A program made the position numbers and the translations under genes. Below are positions 38,487 to 47,513 of a DNA stretch of 64,000 bases, piece by piece. Source of the DNA: Candidatus Poribacteria bacterium (GTDB lineage Bacteria; Poribacteria; WGA-4E; WGA-3G). The notes below the pieces were generated by a model. It ran no database searches. It saw only the letters and a list, made by a program, of their open reading frames with translations, and was not told the DNA's origin. Where the stretch lies: NCBI GenBank assembly GCA_965215265.1, contig OZ244048.1:1824001-1888000 (forward strand), read 5' to 3'. Every line of letters begins with the position of its first letter. Position 1 is the first letter of the stretch.

Positions 38487-39698
38487 TTATGTTCTGCTGC
38501 TTCCATGCTTAAAGGTGGGTTCAAGCACAACGCCACGGTCTCTATTGCGCCAGGTTCGGATTTTACCTTCTCCGATAACTATTAGGTTGACTCCTATTCC
38601 GAGAATACCGATAAGAAGGTTAGGAAGCCACATGGCGAGGACCGGCGGTAACATACCGCTAGATCCTGTGCTCTGTCCAAGTTGTAGTAGTAGATAGTAG
38701 ACGAGGATAAGTACTAATCCGAGACCAAATCCGATCATTCTGCCGTTCTGTTTCACCATTAACCCGAGGGGAACCCCCATTAATCCGAAGGCGAGACATG
38801 CAAACGGGATGGCGAACTTTTTGTGATACTCCACTTCGGCATAGCGGAGCCGGTTAAGGGTGTACTCAGGGTTTTGCGTTGTTTCCTGAACTTTTCTCAA
38901 ATTACCGATAAACGTCTTAAGTTGTGAGATGCTCATCGTACGTGGTGTCTGGTTCTGAAATTGTTTGCGTTCCAGGTCTTCCTTCAACTGGAGGGCAATT
39001 TGTTGTTTCTGAAACTTGGTGACGCGGAAGCTATCTGAATTGTCGGTTGCGGGTTCATAAGTGAGTCCGTCGTAAAGTGTCAACATGGCTCTCCCACTTT
39101 GAAAGTCGAGGTTCGCTTCGCGTGCGTGACTAAACCGCGGCTTCCCATTCCAGATGCTGTCCCAGATTTTGACGTTCTGCATGCGGCCGTTTTCTGCATT
39201 CGTTGATTCGTACATCCAGAGTTTTCCTTCGCTTTCCAATTCCTTCATGATTATTCCGGCTTCCAAAACGATTGCCGGATTATGCCGTTGGATGTCCCTC
39301 TGAAGTGCCCTATAAGCCTGATTTGCTTGTGGCAAGGCGTAATTCATCAATCCCAAGTCTATAATGCTTAATCCCGCAGCGGTTATTAAAAGGGGTGTCA
39401 TAATCTGGTAAAAGGCGATACCGTGTGCCTTCATTGCAACGATTTCGTTGTCTGTGGATAGACGGCCCAAGGCGAGGAGAATTGCAACGAGGCTTGCCAT
39501 CGGAATAGCTACCACAACCGTTGCTGGTAGGACATAGATAACCAATTCGAGGAGGTAGAGCGGACTTACCCCTTTCTTCACGAAAAGTTTTGTCAACCGA
39601 AACAGGTCATCGAAGATGAGGATAAAGGTGAAGCAGAGGAGTGTTATGATAAAGGGTGGAAAAAACTCTTTGAGTAGATACCTTGCTAATATTTTCAT
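38487..39698 (-). CDS. lptF: LPS export ABC permease LptF family
   Basis: GRLSTDNEIVAMKAHG, EYHKKFAIPFAC, WLPN. Confidence 0.88.
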   Translation of the reverse strand: MKILARYLLKEFFPPFIITLLCFTFILIFDDLFRLTKLFVKKGVSPLYLLELVIYVLPATVVVAIPMASLVAILLALGRLSTDNEIVAMKAHGIAFYQIMTPLLITAAGLSIIDLGLMNYALPQANQAYRALQRDIQRHNPAIVLEAGIIMKELESEGKLWMYESTNAENGRMQNVKIWDSIWNGKPRFSHAREANLDFQSGRAMLTLYDGLTYEPATDNSDSFRVTKFQKQQIALQLKEDLERKQFQNQTPRTMSISQLKTFIGNLRKVQETTQNPEYTLNRLRYAEVEYHKKFAIPFACLAFGLMGVPLGLMVKQNGRMIGFGLGLVLILVYYLLLQLGQSTGSSGMLPPVLAMWLPNLLIGILGIGVNLIVIGEGKIRTWRNRDRGVVLEPTFKHGSSRT

Positions 39699-39914
39699 AT
39701 TTTGTGTCGCGATGCTGGGACATCGTAAAAGGCAGATGTCCTGGCAATCCGTATAACCGCCAATTCAATCGTGCCTTCCGCGTGCGTGTTATCGTGATAA
39801 GTACTGTCCAATGGCTTTTAGGGCAATGATATTTTATTTTTAGTTGTTTTATATAGCAGAAACCTTCATAAATTTAATTTGGATATTTGCTTCGCACTGT
39901 GTTATCATGTGAAC

Positions 39915-40388
39915 ATGAAACTGAGTCTTACATCTATTCAACTTACAGCGGACGATTTATCGGATGTCGCAGCCCGGCATGCCTCTGCGCAAGAGCTTTA
40001 TTCACCCACAGCTCCCCGTCCGCCAGTTGCTGAATTTGGCTGGCGCGATAGATGGTGGTTAAACCAGACAGCGTCCCAACAGGTTGCACTCCATTATTGG
40101 TTTTTCACGTCGCCTGAAGCGGCACGCACGGCTGCGGATGAAGGCAGACTTCGGCTTTCAGCTCAAACTGTGAATAAATTCGGTGAGCACGAATCTATCT
40201 ATCAACCTCCGCTGCATGATGAGCAGCAACTTGGCGATGCGATGTGGCAGGCGGGTTCAAATTTCCTATTTGTTCGGCACACCGTTGTTATATTAGTCGC
40301 AGAAGTTGGCGGCGAGGTTTCCGTAGAAACAACCCGCCGCATCGCTTGCAGAGTGTTGGAGAAGATTGAGTCGGCACTGTCCTTGTAG
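39915..40388 (+). CDS. Hypothetical protein (start uncertain)
   Basis: Protein-like ORF filling the gap, convergent with lacD. Confidence 0.6.
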   Translation: MKLSLTSIQLTADDLSDVAARHASAQELYSPTAPRPPVAEFGWRDRWWLNQTASQQVALHYWFFTSPEAARTAADEGRLRLSAQTVNKFGEHESIYQPPLHDEQQLGDAMWQAGSNFLFVRHTVVILVAEVGGEVSVETTRRIACRVLEKIESALSL

Positions 40389-40393
40389 AGAAC

Positions 40394-41458
40394 CTAATAG
40401 TCGCTGTACCACGTTGCAGACTGCTTTTCAATCTTCACGTTTGCTCCCCCACCAAATTGGCGATGGTTGAACCATGGCATAGCGTTCTCGGCTGCAGCGT
40501 TGGCGTTCCTAAAATTCGTCGTTGCTTCATTTTCCAAGAAGTTATTGACAGCTTCGGTGTCCGGGTAGTATTGGACAGCATCTTTCCAGATAGCTCTACC
40601 GCAGAGGAACCCGCTCGCGCCTGCCTCGGTGGCGAGATGGACGTTTTCAATAAATTCCTCAATATCTACGCCCGCGCTCAAAATCACCCAAGGTAGGGTT
40701 GATGCTGCGTTTAATTCTTCGCAGATATCCTTGACTTCTGCGAGTGTATATGCGGTATCGCCTGCATAAAAGTCCCTATTCTGATAATCAGCGGTGTATT
40801 TAAGGTCTGCCGGGAATTCTAACTTCAGAATATCAACCTTATAGCTCGCGGCTGTGAATTCCTTGACACTACGGATGACAAGGTCCGGTTTCTGCTTTGC
40901 GAATTCAACGCTCTTCGTCGTACCTTGGAGTGCGTAGCTAACTAATTCTAATAGAAACGGCAGATCGTGTTTTTCACACTCGTCTCCGACGTGTTGCACG
41001 AAGGCTTGTTGGTGCTTGAGCGTTTCAGGCGAAGCATCAGGATGATAGTAGGCGAGGAGTTTAATTGCGTCCGCACTGGCGTGTTGTGCTTTTTCAATGC
41101 TCCAATTCTGAATTGGCTTGGAGAGTCGTTCGTTCTCGCCGACTCCTTCGCTGACGTATCCTGATTCTTCATAAGCCAATAGAAGTGCGACATCACGCGG
41201 GATCTCGGCAATAGAGTACGGATAACCGTAAATTGGATCGGTGAGTACAGCGGTTGCATTAGGTGCGAGGGTTCGCGTTATCAATGTTTTGAGAGCGGCG
41301 ATATCTTCGTATTGAACTTCGGTTTTATCCTTGTTAAGCACATCCGCGAGTGCTTGTACCATGGAGCCGCGTTGATCGATCGCCATCATTTTAAACCGTC
41401 CATGGGCATCGGCGAGTTTGATGATGCCGCGCAATTTTCCGGAGGAAATATCGTTCAT
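40394..41458 (-). CDS. lacD: Tagatose-1,6-bisphosphate aldolase family (class I)
   Basis: AIDQRGS, LLAYEESGY, DILKLEFP, LSAGV, GFLCGRAIW. Confidence 0.88.
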   Translation of the reverse strand: MNDISSGKLRGIIKLADAHGRFKMMAIDQRGSMVQALADVLNKDKTEVQYEDIAALKTLITRTLAPNATAVLTDPIYGYPYSIAEIPRDVALLLAYEESGYVSEGVGENERLSKPIQNWSIEKAQHASADAIKLLAYYHPDASPETLKHQQAFVQHVGDECEKHDLPFLLELVSYALQGTTKSVEFAKQKPDLVIRSVKEFTAASYKVDILKLEFPADLKYTADYQNRDFYAGDTAYTLAEVKDICEELNAASTLPWVILSAGVDIEEFIENVHLATEAGASGFLCGRAIWKDAVQYYPDTEAVNNFLENEATTNFRNANAAAENAMPWFNHRQFGGGANVKIEKQSATWYSDY

Positions 41459-41551
41459 ACGTTTGAATATGGGCGGTGTGCGAGTTGCACTGTTGTAAGT
41501 CTCGCCCTACATCTCCTTTATTGGGCACGTTTCTAAGCGCCCCGTTTTGTG

Positions 41552-42631
41552 TTAATATTCGCGTTCAACGAAAAAGTTGATTAGGGATAAAAAGAGTTGC
41601 TTTGCCTTGCCTTCAGGAAGATTGGCAAAATTGTGTTTAAACTGTCCAGCGGCTTCTTGTAGGAGTGCTTTTGAACGTTGTTGTGCATACGCGATAGATT
41701 GATATTTCTTCATCAATTGGAGAACACTCTGCACTTCTGCTTCCGTTTTCTCCTCACGTGGGCGCGCCATGATGTCAATCACATGTTGTGAGTCTGCAGG
41801 CGTGCATGCATTAAAGAGGTGAATGAGCACGAGGGTTCGTTTGCCTTCGCTAATGTCGCCAGCGATTTCCTTGCCGTATCTGCCTACATCACCAATAAGG
41901 TTGAGAACATCATCCTGAATTTGGAATGCAACACCCAGGTCTTTTCCGAGGTCAACGAATGCTTCCACTTCAGACTCACTTGCTCCACCAATGATTGCGC
42001 CTACGCGACACGGGGTTATGCATGTATACCAGGCTGTTTTCTGGATGCACATCGTCAGGTAATCTTCTTCGTCAAGGTTCCACCGGTTATCGCTGACCCA
42101 GCTCAGTTCAATGTGTTGGCCTTCAACGACTTGGTTGCTCAGTTGGATGAATTCGGATAAAATACGGAAAGCGAGTTCGTGGCCGAGTATGTCCGTGTTT
42201 CGATGTAGCATCTCCCACATCTTACAGTGGAGCGCGTCGCCGACATTGATAGCCATCGGGATGCCGTGTTTTTGATGGAGGCACGGCTCCCCGCGGCGGA
42301 GTTCGGAACCGTCTTCAATATCGTCGTGAATGAGAAGCCAATTCTGTAGAAGTTCGAGGGCAGCAGCAGTATTGATGGCGCGTACCGGATCGCCTCCGAA
42401 GGCTTCACAGATGAGCAAACAGAGCGCGGGACGCAGTCCCTTCGCTGCACGCTGTGGATAGTCTAACATCATCTGGTAGAGCTGCCGCACGTCCGGGTGC
42501 TCATGCGTAGCAGGCAAAAAATCAAAAATACAGGTATCAACCTGGCTCTTGACATGACTGAGATATTCAGCGACGTGCTCTTTTGTGGTTACGGGTTTTT
42601 GTCCAGTTTTTTGGTATTGGTTCTCGAACAT
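41552..42631 (-). CDS. Polyprenyl diphosphate synthase
   Basis: HDDIED..RRG, FQIQDD. Confidence 0.93.
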   Translation of the reverse strand: MFENQYQKTGQKPVTTKEHVAEYLSHVKSQVDTCIFDFLPATHEHPDVRQLYQMMLDYPQRAAKGLRPALCLLICEAFGGDPVRAINTAAALELLQNWLLIHDDIEDGSELRRGEPCLHQKHGIPMAINVGDALHCKMWEMLHRNTDILGHELAFRILSEFIQLSNQVVEGQHIELSWVSDNRWNLDEEDYLTMCIQKTAWYTCITPCRVGAIIGGASESEVEAFVDLGKDLGVAFQIQDDVLNLIGDVGRYGKEIAGDISEGKRTLVLIHLFNACTPADSQHVIDIMARPREEKTEAEVQSVLQLMKKYQSIAYAQQRSKALLQEAAGQFKHNFANLPEGKAKQLFLSLINFFVEREY

Positions 42632-42867
42632 AGTTGTCTTGGCATGTCGTCTTGGATGTTTATCGGACTGTCAATTTTGGTGGAAGTTCCTTGGCCACGT
42701 TCTTACGCAAACAGTTCCGACGTTTAACGCCGGGGCACTTGCATGCCAAGCCATCCTACTTTAAAGTAACCAGACAGATTTCTTAAATTATACCATAATT
42801 TTGGGTCAAAATCAAATTTTAATCAAAATGTCGGCATTTCCGTCTGCTTGTGCTGTATGACTGGAAA

Positions 42868-43086
42868 TTACGGGTTAAACAAATCTATGGTGATGAAGCG
42901 ATATCCGAGCGGTTTTATTCGTTTGACTATGGTTTCTCGCAATGCGAGCGCACGTTCAAACTGCGTTTCTGGGACCTGTATTCTTAATACTGGTTCGTGG
43001 TAGAAAAGGGATGCTCCTTCAAGCTGCAATTCGTTCAACACTTGTTTGAGACGGTCAAAGGCTTCCTTATTTTCTCGGTTTTCCAT
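42868..43086 (-). CDS. Small protein resembling the C-terminal domain of LarE-family sulfur transferases
   Basis: RIQVP...RETIVKRIKPLGYRFITIDL. Confidence 0.55.
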   Translation of the reverse strand: MENRENKEAFDRLKQVLNELQLEGASLFYHEPVLRIQVPETQFERALALRETIVKRIKPLGYRFITIDLFNP

Positions 43087-43122
43087 GTTTTATGTTTGGC
43101 AGACATGTGCCTCGGACTCCTT

Positions 43123-43935
43123 CTATGAACGCCGTCTCCAGTCACTACCTGCCATAAACCCGCCATCAACGAAGACCATTTGGCCGGTAACAAAGTCGGA
43201 TGCATGAGAGGCAAAGAAGATTGTCAATCCGGCTAAATCTTCCGGTTCGCCCCATCGATAGGCCGGAGTCCGGTTGAGAATCCATTCGTTTCGTGCATCT
43301 TCGCGCGCAGGCGCTGTCATCTCCGTCCGGATGAAACCGGGGGCGATGCCGTTGACTTGAATGTTATGTTCTGCCCATTCCACAGCGAGGAGTTTGGTGA
43401 GCTGGAGGAGCCCGCCCTTCGCTGCGGTGTAAGCAACACTTGTCGGCAACCCGATCGCGGAGGTGAGGGAGAGGGTATTAATCACCTTACCGGCTTTCCG
43501 GTTTTGCATCACTCTGCCGCACGCTTGCGCGAGAAAGAACGCACCTTTCAGGTTCACATCGGTGACGAAATCCCAGTCGGCTTCAGAAAATTCCATGGCG
43601 GGGTTTCGGATATTGACACCGGCGTTGTTAACGAGCACGTCAATTTTACCCAGCGCGTCGACTGTCTGAGAAACCAACGCCTCAATCTCATTGAGAGCTC
43701 CAACGTCTGCTTGAATAGGCAGCACAGTCCGTCCGCTCTCGGCAGTAATCCGTTCAGCGACAGGTACAAGCGTCTCCATCTTCCTACCGACAATCACGAG
43801 CTCAGAGCCAGCACCGGCGAGCCCTTCTGCCATTGCGAGGCCAATACCCCGGCTTGCTCCGGTGACGAGGCTCACTTTGCCATCCAATCGAAATTGGTTA
43901 ATGATTCCAGTTGCAGATTTTTGATTCTTTTTCAT
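43123..43935 (-). CDS. SDR oxidoreductase (gluconate 5-dehydrogenase/KduD-like)
   Basis: TGASRGIG, NNAG, YTAAK, VNGIAPG. Confidence 0.92.
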   Translation of the reverse strand: MKKNQKSATGIINQFRLDGKVSLVTGASRGIGLAMAEGLAGAGSELVIVGRKMETLVPVAERITAESGRTVLPIQADVGALNEIEALVSQTVDALGKIDVLVNNAGVNIRNPAMEFSEADWDFVTDVNLKGAFFLAQACGRVMQNRKAGKVINTLSLTSAIGLPTSVAYTAAKGGLLQLTKLLAVEWAEHNIQVNGIAPGFIRTEMTAPAREDARNEWILNRTPAYRWGEPEDLAGLTIFFASHASDFVTGQMVFVDGGFMAGSDWRRRS

Positions 43936-44000
43936 AATTGGGATTCAATCCGGATCGGTTCCAGTAGTCTGTATACTTAAGGATGCAGCGGCACCGTTTC

Positions 44001-45218
44001 TCATTGGCCATATTCCAACAATTTATCATGATCAATTGCTTTCAGTTGTCCGTTGTGTTGTTCAGCAAGGGAGACAAGTAGGTGCGCCCCAGGCGAAAGT
44101 CTAATATCGAGCTCAAGCGCGACAACGTAGATACTGGCATTGTTAACATTTTTTTCTTGAACGGTTGCGAGAATTTTCTGGACATCTGTCTCAATCTCAA
44201 TCGAATCATCATTACCTGTTGTGGGAAGGCCATCCGTACCTGTTGTGGGAAGGCCATCCGTAATGAGAACAACGACAGAGGGTTCCATAATTAGTGCGGT
44301 TGCAAGTGCGGAGAGGATGTCGGTATTCGAGTTCCCTTGGATGCTCTCCGGTGTGAACAGGTCAAGATACTTCAAGGTTCGCTTTATGTTTTTAGCATCC
44401 GCTGGCAGCATCTCGTTGCTCATGGCTTCAGCACCAATAGAAAACGTCACAACGTTGAACGTATCCTCACTGCCTAAGCTGAAAATAGAATCCTGGATAG
44501 ATTTGAGAGCCAAGTCCAATTTTTTAAGCCCAGCGGCTTGCATACTTGCCGAAATATCAAGACAGTAGACGACATCTTTGGGTGCCTCAAATTCGTCAAG
44601 GAAATTAATGATGCCGAGCCTGTCTGCGGTTCCATCAGCACCGCCACCTTCGAGAAGTCCGTCTCCGCCGCCTTGTCCGTCGCCCCGGAATCTGCCCATT
44701 CCGTCCCCGCGTGCACGAACGCGTCCTGTAACGAGCCCCCGGCCATCCGTCCGTCCGGGTTGCGCGATAAGCCTGCTGAGATTTGAGGCTTCTGCCTCGC
44801 GCAGGCGTGCATCTGTCATCAAATCCGGAACGATATCGTTCAGGGGTGCGTTGTTAACTTCGACATCTTCAAGTACAACGCGCTGGCTGAGTTTAACGAC
44901 TTCGTCCTGTTTATTCCTTGCGGCTTCAATTTTCTTTTGCATCGCGTTTCTTGCGAGTTGTTGGTTCGGATCGTATAATTTTTTTGTGAGCGGCGGTTTG
45001 GGTCTGGTTTTGCGTTTTTTGGGTGCCTCCGCATCCTTAATTAAGTCAATTGCGAGCACATCCGCTTGCTCATCAACTAAGCGATTCATTGGGATAAAAA
45101 GGTAGGCGATAATGACAAGCATGTGTAAAATCAGAGATAGCAAGATGATAGACCTGGTCCGAATTTTACGCCGCTGTGCGTTGATGTACCGCTCCGGCAG
45201 TTGATTTCGCATTCGCAT
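44001..45218 (-). CDS. Membrane-anchored VWA-domain protein
   Basis: N-terminal TM, Gly-rich linker, MIDAS DISAS, LITDG. Internal 24-bp tandem duplication. Confidence 0.85.
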   Translation of the reverse strand: MRMRNQLPERYINAQRRKIRTRSIILLSLILHMLVIIAYLFIPMNRLVDEQADVLAIDLIKDAEAPKKRKTRPKPPLTKKLYDPNQQLARNAMQKKIEAARNKQDEVVKLSQRVVLEDVEVNNAPLNDIVPDLMTDARLREAEASNLSRLIAQPGRTDGRGLVTGRVRARGDGMGRFRGDGQGGGDGLLEGGGADGTADRLGIINFLDEFEAPKDVVYCLDISASMQAAGLKKLDLALKSIQDSIFSLGSEDTFNVVTFSIGAEAMSNEMLPADAKNIKRTLKYLDLFTPESIQGNSNTDILSALATALIMEPSVVVLITDGLPTTGTDGLPTTGNDDSIEIETDVQKILATVQEKNVNNASIYVVALELDIRLSPGAHLLVSLAEQHNGQLKAIDHDKLLEYGQ

Positions 45219-45313
45219 GGTTAGGTCCTTCCTGTTTGGTTATCGGTTTTTTATTAGGTTCAGCGTACAAGTTTTCCTGAGTGCATACTCGTCAGAAACG
45301 GCTCATGCTTCGT

Positions 45314-45808
45314 TTATGAATTTTCAAATGCTTCAAGCCACGTTCTGCCTTCGGGTGTAATTTCATAATAGGTATGGTTTCGGTGTTTAATCCACTTTCC
45401 TTTGACGATATTTTTTCGGTAATGGATGATTCGTGCTTCAACGCGCTTCAGTCCGCCGATTTCCCTTAGTTTTCGGTGCCGTTTGTACATCTCTTCTAAC
45501 GGGATGTTTAAGGTTTCGGCAACAACAATAGAATAGTCCATACCCATTTCTTGATGGTGTTTCAGTATAAAATAGTCGGTTTCGTCAAGTTCGTTGAATT
45601 CAGCGGCTATCGGGTTTTCCGGAATTTCAGCCGCCTGGATTTCTTGCCAAGTAACTTTGAGTAACCTTTCTGCCCGGAAACTTTGTACTGCACTGCATTC
45701 GGTTTGATGAACGGTGATAGTGCCGTTCTCTTTGAAATAGCCGACAAGCGGATCATTCTGTTGTGGGTTGCAGCATTTGGCAATTTTGTACGTCAGTTCC
45801 GGTACCAT
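45314..45808 (-). CDS. Fusion of a RelA/SpoT-type Cys-rich domain with a DUF2250-like winged helix
   Basis: AKCCNP..D..VGY....ITVH..EC followed by ...KHRNHTYYEIT.EG. Confidence 0.7.
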   Translation of the reverse strand: MVPELTYKIAKCCNPQQNDPLVGYFKENGTITVHQTECSAVQSFRAERLLKVTWQEIQAAEIPENPIAAEFNELDETDYFILKHHQEMGMDYSIVVAETLNIPLEEMYKRHRKLREIGGLKRVEARIIHYRKNIVKGKWIKHRNHTYYEITPEGRTWLEAFENS

Positions 45809-45834
45809 TTTGACGTTTTTCTCATAGAAAAAGA

Positions 45835-47115
45835 TTAGCTTCGCCTGAGTGCACGGTATCCGATGTCGCCTCTGAAATGTGCGTCTGCAAAATTGATGGC
45901 TGCGACACCGTTGTATGCTTGTTGAATCGCGATTTCCAAATCACTTGCGACAGCAGTGACACCGAGTACGCGTCCGCCGTCGGTAGTCACGTGTCCGTTA
46001 TTAAGTTTGGTTCCGGCGTGAAAAACGGTAACACCTTCAATAGCCGCTGCGTCAGCCAAGCCTATAATTGTTTTTCCTGTTTGATAAAGGTCGGGATAGC
46101 CCCCGGAAGCCATCACAACACAAGCAGCCGCTCCATTGTGCCATTCAATATGGGGGTGCGAATCAAGCGTTCCGTCAATGCATGCCATGAGCAGCGGGAC
46201 TAAATCACTTTTGAGGCGCGGTAAGAGGACCTGGGCCTCCGGATCGCCAAAGCGACAGTTGAATTCAAGCACTTTAGGTCCTGTTTCTGTCATCATCAAT
46301 CCGACGTATAATACGCCTTTGAAGGGGTGCCCGATATCTGCCATGCCGTTGATAGTCGGGTAAACGACGTGTTTCATGACGTAGTCGTGCAATGCTGGTG
46401 TGAGCACTGGTGCCGGAGAGTATGCGCCCATTCCGCCGGTGTTCTTTCCCGTGTCGCCATCGTGGGACATCTTGTGGTCTTGGGAACTGACAAAAGGGAT
46501 ACAGGTATGTCCATCGGTGAGTACAGTAAAGGAGGCCTCTTCTCCGATGAGTTCTTCTTCAATCACGACGCTGTCGCCTGCTGCTCCGAATGCCTTGTCC
46601 ACTAAAACGGTTTTGACTGCCTGTATGGCTTCTGTGGGAGTCCTCCCGGGAATAACCCCTTTGCCGGCGGCGAGTCCGTTTGCCTTTACAAAAACTGGGA
46701 TATTGTGAGCTTTGATGTAGTCTATCGCGGCATCTGCATCGACAAACGTTTGGTACGCCGCAGTGGGTATCCCGTTTTTCACCATCAATCGTTTGGCGAA
46801 ATCTTTACTGGCTTCAAGTTGTGCAGCTTGCCGGTCAGGTCCAAATGCTTTGAGGCCGTGCTCTTGAAACGCATCCACAATACCTTCTGCTAAGGGTGCC
46901 TCTGGACCGACAACGGTTAAGTCAATGCGTTCGGATTTCGCCCAGTTGAGCAGTTTGACAAAACCGTTTTGGAGTGGTAATTCAACGCATGCTGCAATTT
47001 GGGCGATTCCAGCGTTTCCGGGCGTACAATATATTTTTTCGACGTGTGGGCTTTGTGCGAGCTTCCAGACAAGGGTATGTTCGCGTCCACCTTGCCCGAT
47101 AACTAGAATTTTCAT
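45835..47115 (-). CDS. purD: Phosphoribosylamine--glycine ligase
   Basis: GGREH, VVGPE, GLAAGKGV, NTGGMGAY, EFNCRFGDPE. Confidence 0.98.
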   Translation of the reverse strand: MKILVIGQGGREHTLVWKLAQSPHVEKIYCTPGNAGIAQIAACVELPLQNGFVKLLNWAKSERIDLTVVGPEAPLAEGIVDAFQEHGLKAFGPDRQAAQLEASKDFAKRLMVKNGIPTAAYQTFVDADAAIDYIKAHNIPVFVKANGLAAGKGVIPGRTPTEAIQAVKTVLVDKAFGAAGDSVVIEEELIGEEASFTVLTDGHTCIPFVSSQDHKMSHDGDTGKNTGGMGAYSPAPVLTPALHDYVMKHVVYPTINGMADIGHPFKGVLYVGLMMTETGPKVLEFNCRFGDPEAQVLLPRLKSDLVPLLMACIDGTLDSHPHIEWHNGAAACVVMASGGYPDLYQTGKTIIGLADAAAIEGVTVFHAGTKLNNGHVTTDGGRVLGVTAVASDLEIAIQQAYNGVAAINFADAHFRGDIGYRALRRS

Positions 47116-47138
47116 GTTAGGGGGTCCTTTTTTACGGC

Positions 47139-47167
47139 ATTATAACATAATGTGTTCAAAAAATCAA
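47139..47167 (-). promoter_or_regulatory. Sigma70-type promoter of purD
   Basis: TTGATT-17 bp-TATAAT with extended TG. Confidence 0.65.
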
Positions 47168-47214
47168 GAATTTTGAATTAATTAAAAAAAACTATAGATG
47201 TGTTATACTTATGA

Positions 47215-47479
47215 GTAGAGAGATAAGCTGCCAGTGGAAGGAATTGCATTTGTCTCTAACAGAAGCTTGAACGATACGGAAGTAGGCATTCGCTGAGTTA
47301 TTGGAGAAATTCTCAAGATACTCGTGAGACTGAACGAAGGAGCAGGTGCTTTAAAAAAGTGGGAGAACATACAGGTTATGCTCATTCATCGCCGAACTAG
47401 TCAATTTGCTTCTGGATATGGCAACGAGTCTTAAGAAGATTGAGGCAAAATTGCCAACCGATTCAACGGATACGTCTAC
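47215..47479 (+). ncRNA. Candidate structured 5' leader or sRNA (~265 nt)
   Basis: TGtTATACT at 47201-47209. Terminal gtaga/tctac pair and several internal stems. Ends 34 nt before the ATG. Confidence 0.45.
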
Positions 47480-47513
47480 ATCCAATTTATAACGTTAAGG
47501 GAGGAAACTAATT

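Noticed and set aside
42734-42749. Sigma54-like TGGCATGCAAGTGC upstream of the polyprenyl synthase
   Set aside because: The -24/-12 spacing is one base short.
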